The translations under genes and the position numbers were made by a program. From assembly GCA_934132925.1 (NCBI GenBank), contig CAKPAL010000002.1, positions 1 to 47,228 on the forward strand: a DNA stretch of 47,228 nucleotides, written 5' to 3'. The notes beneath the pieces were generated by a model that did no database searches, was not told the DNA's origin, and saw nothing but the letters and a program-made list of their open reading frames with translations. This document shows, piece after piece, positions 17,891 to 25,531 of this stretch (position 1 is the stretch's first letter; each line of letters starts with the position of its first letter). This stretch comes from an uncultured Bacilli bacterium. Lineage in GTDB: Bacteria; Bacillota_I; Bacilli_A; RF39; UBA660.

Positions 17891-18069
17891 TATTCATCAT
17901 CTTCTGAATAATAATCATCATCTTCTAGTTCTTCTTCTTCAAAGTTAAATGAATCATACTTATTTTCTTTTACTAATTCTTTTTTCCAATCTTCTAAATC
18001 ATTATTATCTTTTTTATTATTGTCTTGAGTATCTGCAAATGCTTTTATTAAGTTCCATATCAAACACAT
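17890..18069 (-). CDS. Small, extremely acidic protein (59 aa from the ATG behind GGTGGTGAG)
   Basis: The C-terminal half is almost pure D/E/Y (FEEEELEDDDYYSEDDE). The track start at 18084 is a TTG. Confidence 0.55.
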   Translation of the reverse strand: MCLIWNLIKAFADTQDNNKKDNNDLEDWKKELVKENKYDSFNFEEEELEDDDYYSEDDE

Positions 18070-18117
18070 AGTCTCACCACCCAAAGTTATTATATCATTA
18101 TTGTATATAAATTTTAA

Positions 18118-18390
18118 TTAATATTTTATATCTTCCCCTAAGCCATTAACAAAATTAATATCAACATCAATTATTTTAAGCACTTCAAAATATTTACTAT
18201 TTTCTGTTATTCTTGGACTTATGTTTATATTAAACTTTTGATATAAATATTTTTGTAAAAAGTTGTATATGTCATGTCCTCTTATATAATTAGCATTATT
18301 TTCGAATTTTATTGATACATTATTAAAATAATCCATTATTAAATCATTTTTCCCTATTACTTCTTTAATCTTTTTATTTTGTCTTTCCAT
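18118..18390 (-). CDS. ORF that is probably the C-terminal part of the Toprim/DUF4435-like protein (reached by a -1 shift)
   Basis: No RBS. Its frame stays open for 44 codons upstream of its ATG, back into the A7 tract region of the upstream ORF. Confidence 0.5.
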   Translation of the reverse strand: MERQNKKIKEVIGKNDLIMDYFNNVSIKFENNANYIRGHDIYNFLQKYLYQKFNINISPRITENSKYFEVLKIIDVDINFVNGLGEDIKY

Positions 18391-19106
18391 TAAGTTTTTT
18401 CTAAAATAATAGTTATACTTTCCAGTAAAATCAAAGTCAAAAATATCTTCTGCTGTAATTTTTTTACCGGTTTTTTTCCATATAAGAATTCTACTCTGGT
18501 TGATGGTAAGTACGTATGATATTTACACTTTTTACATGCTATTGTAGTACTACACTTTAAACGATTATAGTATGAAACTTCTTTAATAAATCTATTTAAA
18601 TATATTATAAATTCATTTAGATCTGCTTCTGTTAATTTAAAATATTCAAATATTTTTCTTATATTTCTTTTTGAAAAGAAATAATTTTCAAATGCGTAAC
18701 CATTTGTAATATTAAAAACTTTTTTATTTAAATATTTTTCATCATAATATTCACTCAATAACCCATAATTATCGCTATCAATTATAAAAATAGATTTCTT
18801 TAGTAAGTATTTAAAGTTTACATATGAATTAATTTCATAATATTTTTTTATCACACTTTCTTTTCCTACACGGCATTCCTTTATTTCATCGTTTTTTGTG
18901 AGTCCAGTAATAAATTTTATTTTTTTGTTACTAATAGATAAATTTTGAATATTTCCATAAAAATCCTCATCTGTTGGTCCTTCAACATAGCAAATATAAT
19001 CTAAATCTTCATAATTTCTGATTATATTTGTATCTATAATTACTGATGATATTGGGGGATACGTTCTATTATTTAAGAACGAATCTTTAAAATTATTATA
19101 ATTCAT
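18390..19106 (-). CDS. Toprim/DUF4435-like nuclease (AriB-like), N-terminal frame
   Basis: CYVEGPTDEDFY (Toprim Glu) and FIIDSDNYG (DxD-like). Start overlaps the ATPase stop by 11 nt. The last roughly 27 aa (...PVKKLQQKIFLTLILLESITIILEKT) look out of frame. Confidence 0.7.
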   Translation of the reverse strand: MNYNNFKDSFLNNRTYPPISSVIIDTNIIRNYEDLDYICYVEGPTDEDFYGNIQNLSISNKKIKFITGLTKNDEIKECRVGKESVIKKYYEINSYVNFKYLLKKSIFIIDSDNYGLLSEYYDEKYLNKKVFNITNGYAFENYFFSKRNIRKIFEYFKLTEADLNEFIIYLNRFIKEVSYYNRLKCSTTIACKKCKYHTYLPSTRVEFLYGKKPVKKLQQKIFLTLILLESITIILEKT

Positions 19107-20553
19107 TATTTTTCTCCATTGGAAGGCATATTAAATAATCTAAATATTCATCGTGGCTAACTATATATGGTGATTGCGTTGCAATTATTAGCCTATTATA
19201 ATTACAGCTTATTATATCCTTAATTAATTCCTTTTGCCATACTGCTGACAAAGATGTTTCTGGTTCATCTATCAATACAATCATATTATCTGAAAAAACT
19301 AACGTCGTAAATAATATAATTATCTTTTTTTCACCTTCTGACAGTTCATTAAAATATATATCGTTTTTATAATCACTAGTAGATATTAAAATACCAAATG
19401 GCGTTGCTATAACTTCTTTGTTATTAAAATACTTCTTAAATATATTGTTTAATTTATCTAATTTATCGTTTTTTATATTTAAATATTTATTCCCAAATTT
19501 ATCAAGTAATGCGCAAAGTAACTCATAGCCATCACCATCTTTAAACCATATATCATTGTATCCTTCATTAAGCTTATTATTTAATATATTATTTTCAGGT
19601 AATAGTGGTTTTATATAAGCTAATATTTTATTATACTCTGTTTTACTTATGTTATGTTTTATTTGTAATTTTTCTGTATTATCAATATTTTCATAAATAA
19701 AATCATATAGATTTTCTTTAAAAGTATCGATATCTTTTTTACTATAAATATTACTAAACAACAATTTACTAATATTCAATTTATTTGATATTCTTTCTTT
19801 TTCAAAATTCATTTGATAATTTTCTTTTAGTTTATCAATATATTTTTTATCTAAGTACCTTTTTTCTTTTTTTGCTCTATAGCTAAGTAAAGGCTTTGCT
19901 TTGTATTCTTCATTTTGATCTATATCCTCTATTAATTCATTATTAAACAAATTAGTAACGTCATAATCATTTGATAATTTAAGAAAAAGAATATCATTAA
20001 ATTTTAATTCATTGATCATACTTTTAATTTTAACATGTAAATTACTCATATTACTATCTTGATAATAATAGCCATCTTCTACTACTATTTTTGATTTTAA
20101 ATATATATTTTTAATTATTGGTTCTATATAACTTAAAAAACCATCATTAAAACCATCATTAACAAAATACCTTAAATCTCTCTTATTATTTAAAAGTCTA
20201 AAATCCTTGTTTAATTTATATAGTTTTCTATAATCTAATTCATTTAGGAATTCCATTAACATATCTGATGGTTCTTCTGAATTATACTGAATTTTATAAT
20301 TTTCATATATATAATCATTTGTTAGACATAAGTCGCTATATTTTATAGTTACAGTATCATTATCATTTATTATTTCTATTGACTCAAAATAATAGTCCTG
20401 TAATTTAATGTATCTAAATTCTAATAAGCATTTCAAAATACTAATTGTAGTTGATTTTCCGATTCCATTTTCTCCGATAAAAATATTTATTTTATTATCA
20501 AAATTAATTTCATTATTATATTGACCAAATATTTTATTTATTTTTATTTTCAT
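19096..20553 (-). CDS. ABC/SMC-like AAA ATPase (AriA/PtuA-like)
   Basis: Walker A GENGIGKST, signature-like LSEGEKK, Walker B MIVLIDEPETSLS, ATQSPY. Start moved to the ATG at 20553 behind AAAGGAGAGAG; the track start is 20688. Confidence 0.8.
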   Translation of the reverse strand: MKIKINKIFGQYNNEINFDNKINIFIGENGIGKSTTISILKCLLEFRYIKLQDYYFESIEIINDNDTVTIKYSDLCLTNDYIYENYKIQYNSEEPSDMLMEFLNELDYRKLYKLNKDFRLLNNKRDLRYFVNDGFNDGFLSYIEPIIKNIYLKSKIVVEDGYYYQDSNMSNLHVKIKSMINELKFNDILFLKLSNDYDVTNLFNNELIEDIDQNEEYKAKPLLSYRAKKEKRYLDKKYIDKLKENYQMNFEKERISNKLNISKLLFSNIYSKKDIDTFKENLYDFIYENIDNTEKLQIKHNISKTEYNKILAYIKPLLPENNILNNKLNEGYNDIWFKDGDGYELLCALLDKFGNKYLNIKNDKLDKLNNIFKKYFNNKEVIATPFGILISTSDYKNDIYFNELSEGEKKIIILFTTLVFSDNMIVLIDEPETSLSAVWQKELIKDIISCNYNRLIIATQSPYIVSHDEYLDYLICLPMEKNNEL

Positions 20554-20659
20554 TAAACTCTCTCCTTTTAAATTTATTATATCATAACTTTTTACTAAAT
20601 ACGACATTTTGCTTATTTTTCTACTCTTATTTAGATATCTATTTGACAAATCTAATGAA

Positions 20660-20688
20660 ATTATAATGTTTATCATTAGTCTTGTCAA
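20660..20688 (-). promoter_or_regulatory. Consensus sigma-70 promoter TTGACA-17-TATAAT for the PARIS-like operon
   Basis: Perfect hexamers and a 17-nt spacer on the minus strand. Confidence 0.7.
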
Positions 20689-20700
20689 AATAAATATAAC

Positions 20701-20838
20701 TACTATAATATTATTAGTATATATCTATAACTTATATATAATAAGTATCTTGGATACTTTTAATTAAGATAAGTTTACTTAGCTTAATTAAACACTAATA
20801 AGACTTACATAGTAAGGCTTATAGTGAACATAATAAAG
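20701..20838. repeat. Junction module copy 4 (hairpin half only, central part substituted)
   Basis: Shares AATATTATTAGTATATATCTAT..CTTATATATAATA and ACACTAATAAGACTTACATAGTAAGGCTTATAGTGAACATAATAAA with copies 1 and 2. Confidence 0.8.
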
Positions 20839-20883
20839 ATAATTTATAGGTATATTAAAACTAAGACTTGATATCTTAGTTTA

Positions 20884-21222
20884 TTATTTAGTTAATGTTA
20901 ATGTTCTTATTTTAAATTCTTTAGTATCATAACCCCATAGATTAGATACGAATCTTGTATTATTTATTATTATATTTTCTTCTTTATGATCATGACCATA
21001 TATCCATACTGGTGATTTATATTCTTTTACTTCTGTATAGTAACAAGAGTTATTACCCCTACTATTACTTTTATTTCTAAATGGTGGTACATGAGTTATT
21101 ATTAAATCTATATTATTTGGTAAGTTATTATACCAGGATATGCTATCGTTATGTAGTTTTTGTATTTTTTCTTTTTTGGTACTTATATTATATTGAAATG
21201 TGTAAATTGTGTCAAATAAAAA
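20884..21222 (-). pseudogene. Metallophosphoesterase C-terminal remnant (no start codon)
   Basis: Own translation gives ...NNIDLIITHVPPFRNK...SPVWIYGHDHKEEN...TLTK*, with the GNH(D/E)-less tail motifs ITHxPP and GHxH. The open frame is only 112 codons and contains no Met. Confidence 0.6.
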
Positions 21223-21300
21223 CTATTGACACTTTTATAAATGTCTACCCTAAAGGGTGCATTTCATTTATCTGTCAACAGTTTTTGTGGATAAATAGTT

Positions 21301-22710
21301 TTACCTTACAATATATAAATATGGTTCTTTCTTTAACTCATTAAACTCTGATTGAGTTATTGTCTTAATTGTTACATCTGGTCCATTAATTAAAACATAA
21401 TATATTATACTATATTTACAATCGTAATCTTTGCATACTCCTTCTAGAATATCTATTTCTTTTTGGGTAATAAAGAATGGCTTATCTTTAGTTCCATAAG
21501 ATGTTTTAACTTCAATACAAATATGTTCTCTTGATTCATTAAAACTTATTATATCATAACCTAATCCATCAAAAGTTATTTCATCATTAACTTCTGCTAC
21601 TACTTTTACTTCATTAATTAAATCATTAAATCCTAGTTCTTGTAATTTTTGCTTTTCGGCTTCAAGTACTATTTTTTCTCCTACTTTTCCATGGGCTATT
21701 TTTGTTTCATTTTCTTTTGAATAATTATGATGTGCTCCTTTTGATCTTTTGCTACTACTTATTTTGGTATTTGTATGATATTTTTCATTAGAGAAATTTA
21801 TATTATATATTTCTTTTGTTTTAGTATTATCATTATCTATTATTACTTTATTCTTTTCTTCGTAAGTAATTTCATCTGACTTGTCGTATGTTTGTTCTAA
21901 TACTAACTTTAGCATTCTTTCATAGTCATAATTAGTAATATTTTCATCTCTTAGTCCTTTGCTTTCCATATAGTACATAAGTGCTTCTGGGTATGTTTCC
22001 ATTTTCTTCATAAATTTATTGGAAAGTCCTTGTTGTTTTCTCATGTAACGTAATTGATTTTTACTGATGTTAAAGAGATCTGCTACTAGTGAATCTGCTA
22101 TTCCTTCTTTTATGGATAATTCAAATAAAATATCATATGTTAAATCTTCTTTATTGAATTGTTTGCCACTTTTCTTCTCTTCACATAACTCATTATATAG
22201 TTCTTTATTATCGTTAAGTACATATTCTTTTTCTTGTCCTTTTAAGGTATTGGCCTTGTTAGTAGCATATTCTATTACTTTTTTCATATTATTTATGCGA
22301 TAATCTCTATCTATTTCTTTACTAATTAAATCTTTTTGTACTTTTTCTCTAGTAAAATCTATCTCTGATATTTTTTTGATGTAGTTATCTTTATGTGGAA
22401 CTCCCGTTAATAATAATTTTGCTAGTTCATCTGCTAATTCTTTCCTTATTTTATTACTTATGTATGAATTTTGGTAATCTATATAATCTAAAATAACTTC
22501 TATATTTCTTATGGTGTCTTCAAGATAAATGTTAGTTATTTCTTTTTGCTTTCTGATATTGTCAAATTCCCTGGTTGTTATATTAAAGGCTTCAGCAATC
22601 TCTTTAACAAGATATGGTTTATTAATTAATTTGATTAGTTCTTCAGATGATAAATCATATATACTATATTTATCTGCATAGTATTTTAAATCATGTTTAG
22701 TTAAATCCAT
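21301..22710 (-). CDS. DUF3883-type (restriction-endonuclease-like fold) C-terminal domain protein with two N-terminal HTH-like modules
   Basis: C-terminus HGKVGEKIVLEAEKQKLQELG...GYDIISFNESREHICIEVKTSYG...FFITQKEI. The N-terminus has repeated (I/F)N(I/T)(T/S)..(F/L)..(I/M)RKQ(K/Q) segments. Confidence 0.75.
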   Translation of the reverse strand: MDLTKHDLKYYADKYSIYDLSSEELIKLINKPYLVKEIAEAFNITTREFDNIRKQKEITNIYLEDTIRNIEVILDYIDYQNSYISNKIRKELADELAKLLLTGVPHKDNYIKKISEIDFTREKVQKDLISKEIDRDYRINNMKKVIEYATNKANTLKGQEKEYVLNDNKELYNELCEEKKSGKQFNKEDLTYDILFELSIKEGIADSLVADLFNISKNQLRYMRKQQGLSNKFMKKMETYPEALMYYMESKGLRDENITNYDYERMLKLVLEQTYDKSDEITYEEKNKVIIDNDNTKTKEIYNINFSNEKYHTNTKISSSKRSKGAHHNYSKENETKIAHGKVGEKIVLEAEKQKLQELGFNDLINEVKVVAEVNDEITFDGLGYDIISFNESREHICIEVKTSYGTKDKPFFITQKEIDILEGVCKDYDCKYSIIYYVLINGPDVTIKTITQSEFNELKKEPYLYIVR

Positions 22711-22727
22711 ATTTTCATCTCCTTAAA

Positions 22728-23474
22728 TTAGTTACTACATTTACTTATAAATTCTTCTTCATGTTCTTTTAAATAGTTATAACTTTCTTTAATAGCGGTC
22801 TCTACTCTATTATTTCTATATATACTTGTTATTTTATCTAATAAATTTATATTATCTATTTCTATATTATAAAAGATATCATAACATTTAAACTTATGTT
22901 TATATATTTTTTGTATGTTAGTACTATTTAGTATTGGGTCTATAACTATTTCACTTAAATACCATAATAAGCTTGGACTATCAAAATCCTCGTACTTCCA
23001 GTTTGGATATATTTCTTTACATTTCTCAAAGAAGAGAAAATGACATAACTCATGCATACATGTATCTATTAAATCTTCTTTACTTTTCTTATGAATATCA
23101 AAGGCTTTTTCTTTAATATATCTAGGGCATACTGGTATTAGACCTATTCCCACAATTATTTCTTTATAATCTTTTGGCCAATTTATATTAAAGTAATTAC
23201 TTATTTCTAGCATATATTTATCGTTATATTTATTCCAGATAGTGGTATATTCTTCGGGTAAGTTATTATTTTCCTTTATAAATCTATTGTATCTATCCTG
23301 AATTATGTCTTTGATATTATCTTCTTTAGTAAGTTTTTCTAATTCTGGATACAAGAATAATGTTCCTTCTTTTAATGGCAATACATTATTAGTATCTTTA
23401 AGAGTCCATGATAGAATGTCAGATGTTTCTTCAAGGGTTAAATATTTAAATTTTAATTTTGGTATGTTATTCAT
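22728..23474 (-). CDS. Hypothetical HExxH (zincin-like) protein
   Basis: CMHELCHFLF motif. RBS AGGAGG. Confidence 0.65.
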   Translation of the reverse strand: MNNIPKLKFKYLTLEETSDILSWTLKDTNNVLPLKEGTLFLYPELEKLTKEDNIKDIIQDRYNRFIKENNNLPEEYTTIWNKYNDKYMLEISNYFNINWPKDYKEIIVGIGLIPVCPRYIKEKAFDIHKKSKEDLIDTCMHELCHFLFFEKCKEIYPNWKYEDFDSPSLLWYLSEIVIDPILNSTNIQKIYKHKFKCYDIFYNIEIDNINLLDKITSIYRNNRVETAIKESYNYLKEHEEEFISKCSN

Positions 23475-23495
23475 ATTTCCTCCTATTTAATTATA

Positions 23496-25097
23496 TCATA
23501 TTTTGTTTATCATCTCACAATAATCATCATAATTACCAATATATCTAGTTATGTTCTTATTTTTTATTTCGATTATACTAGTAGCTATTTTATTTATGAA
23601 ATACCTGTCATGGGATACAAATAATATAGTACCAGTGAATTCTTGTAGTGACTCTTCGAGCATTTCTCTTGTATCGATATCAATGTGATTAGTTGGTTCA
23701 TCTAGGATTAAGAAGTTATATGAATCTTGAATTAGACAGAATATTTTTAATCTTACTTTTTCTCCTCCTGATAAGTATTTTATTTTTTTATGAATGTTTT
23801 CTCCTGCAAAAAGATATTTGAATAAAGCACTTCTTAAATATTGTTCTGGTCCAATGAAATATTTTCTGGCTTCTTCTAGTACTGATAAATTAATATTATC
23901 AAACTCTATCTCTTGAGGAATGTAACCTATCTTGATATTACTTCCTAGTTTTATATTATTATTTCCTTTTAATATTTCTTTGATTAAGGTTGATTTACCA
24001 ACTCCATTATTTCCAACTAAACAGAGTCTATCTTGATATTTAATACTTAAGTTAAGATTATTAAATATTTCTTTAGTGCCATAAGATAGATTTAGATTAT
24101 TTATTGTTAAGACATCTTTTCCTGACCTACTGGCGGTATCAAAAGTTATATTTGGTTTTTTCTTTTCTTCTGGTTTATCTAACTTTTCTAATTTTTCTAA
24201 TCTTTTTTCAATACTAGCAGCTCTTCTAAAGAATATTTCTCCGCCACTTGGTCCACAAAGTTTACCATATTCTTTTAATCTTTTGATACTATTTTCCATA
24301 GCGGTTATTTGTTTTTGTTGGTCTTTATAGTTTTTTAATTCTAGTAATAGTCTATTTTCACTTTCTTTAATATAATAACTATAATTACCATGATATACTT
24401 CTATTCCTCTTTTGGTTAATAAATATACTTTGTTTATGACATTATCCGTGAAATAGCGGTCATGGGATACTAGTATTATTGTTCCTTTATAGTTCTTTAA
24501 TGTTTTTTCTAACCAAATCATTTTATTTATATCTAAATGGTTAGTGGGTTCATCTAATAATAAGACATCTGGTTCTTGTAATAATAATCTTATTAGAGAT
24601 ATGATGGTTTTTTCTCCTCCGGATAGGGTATTGAAATTTCTATTTAATATTTCTTCAGTTATATTAAATACTGGTAGTATTTTTTGAATCTTTGTTTCGT
24701 ATTCATAGCCTCCTAGTGAGATAAACTTCTCTTGCATATTCATATACTTTGTTATTACTTTATAATCTTCAGTTAAAAGTTTATCTTCATATCTTTCTAG
24801 TTTTTCTTGTAGTTCTATTATTTCTTTGAAGGCACTATTTATATAGTCTTTTACTATTATATCTTTTTCTTCGGGTATTTGACTTAAATAGCCTATACTT
24901 ATATTATTTCTTATTGAAAGGGAACCGGAATCTATACTTTCTTGGCCTGCAATTATTTTTAGTATAGTACTCTTTCCACTTCCATTGGTTCCAATTAAAC
25001 CTACTTTTTCTCCTTTTTGTATTGTTATATCAATATTATTTAGTACTAAGTCAAAACCAAATGACTTACATACTTTACTTATATTTATATCTATCAT
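23496..25097 (-). CDS. ABC-F family ATPase (two ABC domains, inter-domain linker); possible antibiotic-resistance (ARE) type
   Basis: GTNGSGKST/LSGGEK/LLLDEPTNHLD and GNNGVGKST/LSGGEK/LILDEPTNHID, with no TM segments. Start moved to the ATG at 25097 behind GGGAGG; the track start is 25139. Confidence 0.88.
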   Translation of the reverse strand: MIDINISKVCKSFGFDLVLNNIDITIQKGEKVGLIGTNGSGKSTILKIIAGQESIDSGSLSIRNNISIGYLSQIPEEKDIIVKDYINSAFKEIIELQEKLERYEDKLLTEDYKVITKYMNMQEKFISLGGYEYETKIQKILPVFNITEEILNRNFNTLSGGEKTIISLIRLLLQEPDVLLLDEPTNHLDINKMIWLEKTLKNYKGTIILVSHDRYFTDNVINKVYLLTKRGIEVYHGNYSYYIKESENRLLLELKNYKDQQKQITAMENSIKRLKEYGKLCGPSGGEIFFRRAASIEKRLEKLEKLDKPEEKKKPNITFDTASRSGKDVLTINNLNLSYGTKEIFNNLNLSIKYQDRLCLVGNNGVGKSTLIKEILKGNNNIKLGSNIKIGYIPQEIEFDNINLSVLEEARKYFIGPEQYLRSALFKYLFAGENIHKKIKYLSGGEKVRLKIFCLIQDSYNFLILDEPTNHIDIDTREMLEESLQEFTGTILFVSHDRYFINKIATSIIEIKNKNITRYIGNYDDYCEMINKI

Positions 25098-25112
25098 AAT
25101 ATTCCTCCCATC

Positions 25113-25148
25113 AAAAAAAGTTATATGAATATATTGCATCCATATAAC
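25113..25148 (-). terminator. Leader (attenuator) terminator directly upstream of the ABC-F RBS
   Basis: On the minus strand, GTTATATG-13 nt-CATATAAC is followed by TTTTTTT, then GATGGGAGG and the ATG. Confidence 0.7.
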
Positions 25149-25213
25149 TTCTATTTATATATATAGATGCAGGCACGACAAAAACTCACACCCACATCTC
25201 ATTTTTTTTACTT

Positions 25214-25282
25214 TTATTTTTGATGAGATAAAGGTGTGATATTTATAGTAAACATGATTACATTACCTACATATTTATACAT
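25214..25282 (-). CDS. Candidate 22-aa leader peptide MYKYVGNVIMFTINITPLSHQK
   Basis: GGAGGG RBS 6 nt upstream. Its 3' end lies inside the hairpin CACACC..ATCTCAT/ATGAGAT..GGGTGTG. Confidence 0.5.
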   Translation of the reverse strand: MYKYVGNVIMFTINITPLSHQK

Positions 25283-25300
25283 AAATATCCCTCCACTTAT

Positions 25301-25329
25301 AATATATTATAGTTTTTTACTTTTGTCAA
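25301..25329 (-). promoter_or_regulatory. Predicted promoter TTGACA-17-TATATT for the ABC-F leader
   Basis: Read directly on the minus strand. Confidence 0.55.
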
Positions 25330-25496
25330 TTGTTTTAGCACTGCAAGCCATTTGTCTTGCTAGTGTTATTTGGAGTCTTTGGTCTCCAAATAAGTATTAA
25401 TTATACTTATTATATATAAGTATGGAATATATACTTAAAGTAGTTTATTATTGGTATTTTTTTTGTTATTTTGAGTATAATAATAGTGCAATATAC

Positions 25497-25525
25497 TTGA
25501 CTTTTTATGATAGTTATAGTATCAT
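25497..25525 (+). promoter_or_regulatory. Predicted promoter TTGACT-17-TATCAT for a plus-strand small RNA
   Basis: Read directly. There is no plus-strand CDS downstream. Confidence 0.45.
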
Positions 25526-25531
25526 TGTATT

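Noticed and set aside
21286-21294. A perfect DnaA-box 9-mer (TTATCCACA on the minus strand).
   Set aside because: It is a single isolated copy. My rough composition-based estimate is that about 0.5 chance occurrences are expected in a window of this size, and there is no clustering or AT-rich unwinding element context.
25156-25203. A second mini-ORF in the ABC-F leader (MRCGCEFLSCLHLYI).
   Set aside because: There is no Shine-Dalgarno sequence (it is preceded by an A-run only). The sequence is better explained as RNA pairing segments of the attenuator.
25366-25393. The 10-bp perfect palindrome TTATTTGGAG...CTCCAAATAA as a transcription terminator.
   Set aside because: No U-run follows the GC part of the stem on either strand. 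It is better grouped as a variant (A/A mismatch) of the GAC/GGC hairpin family.
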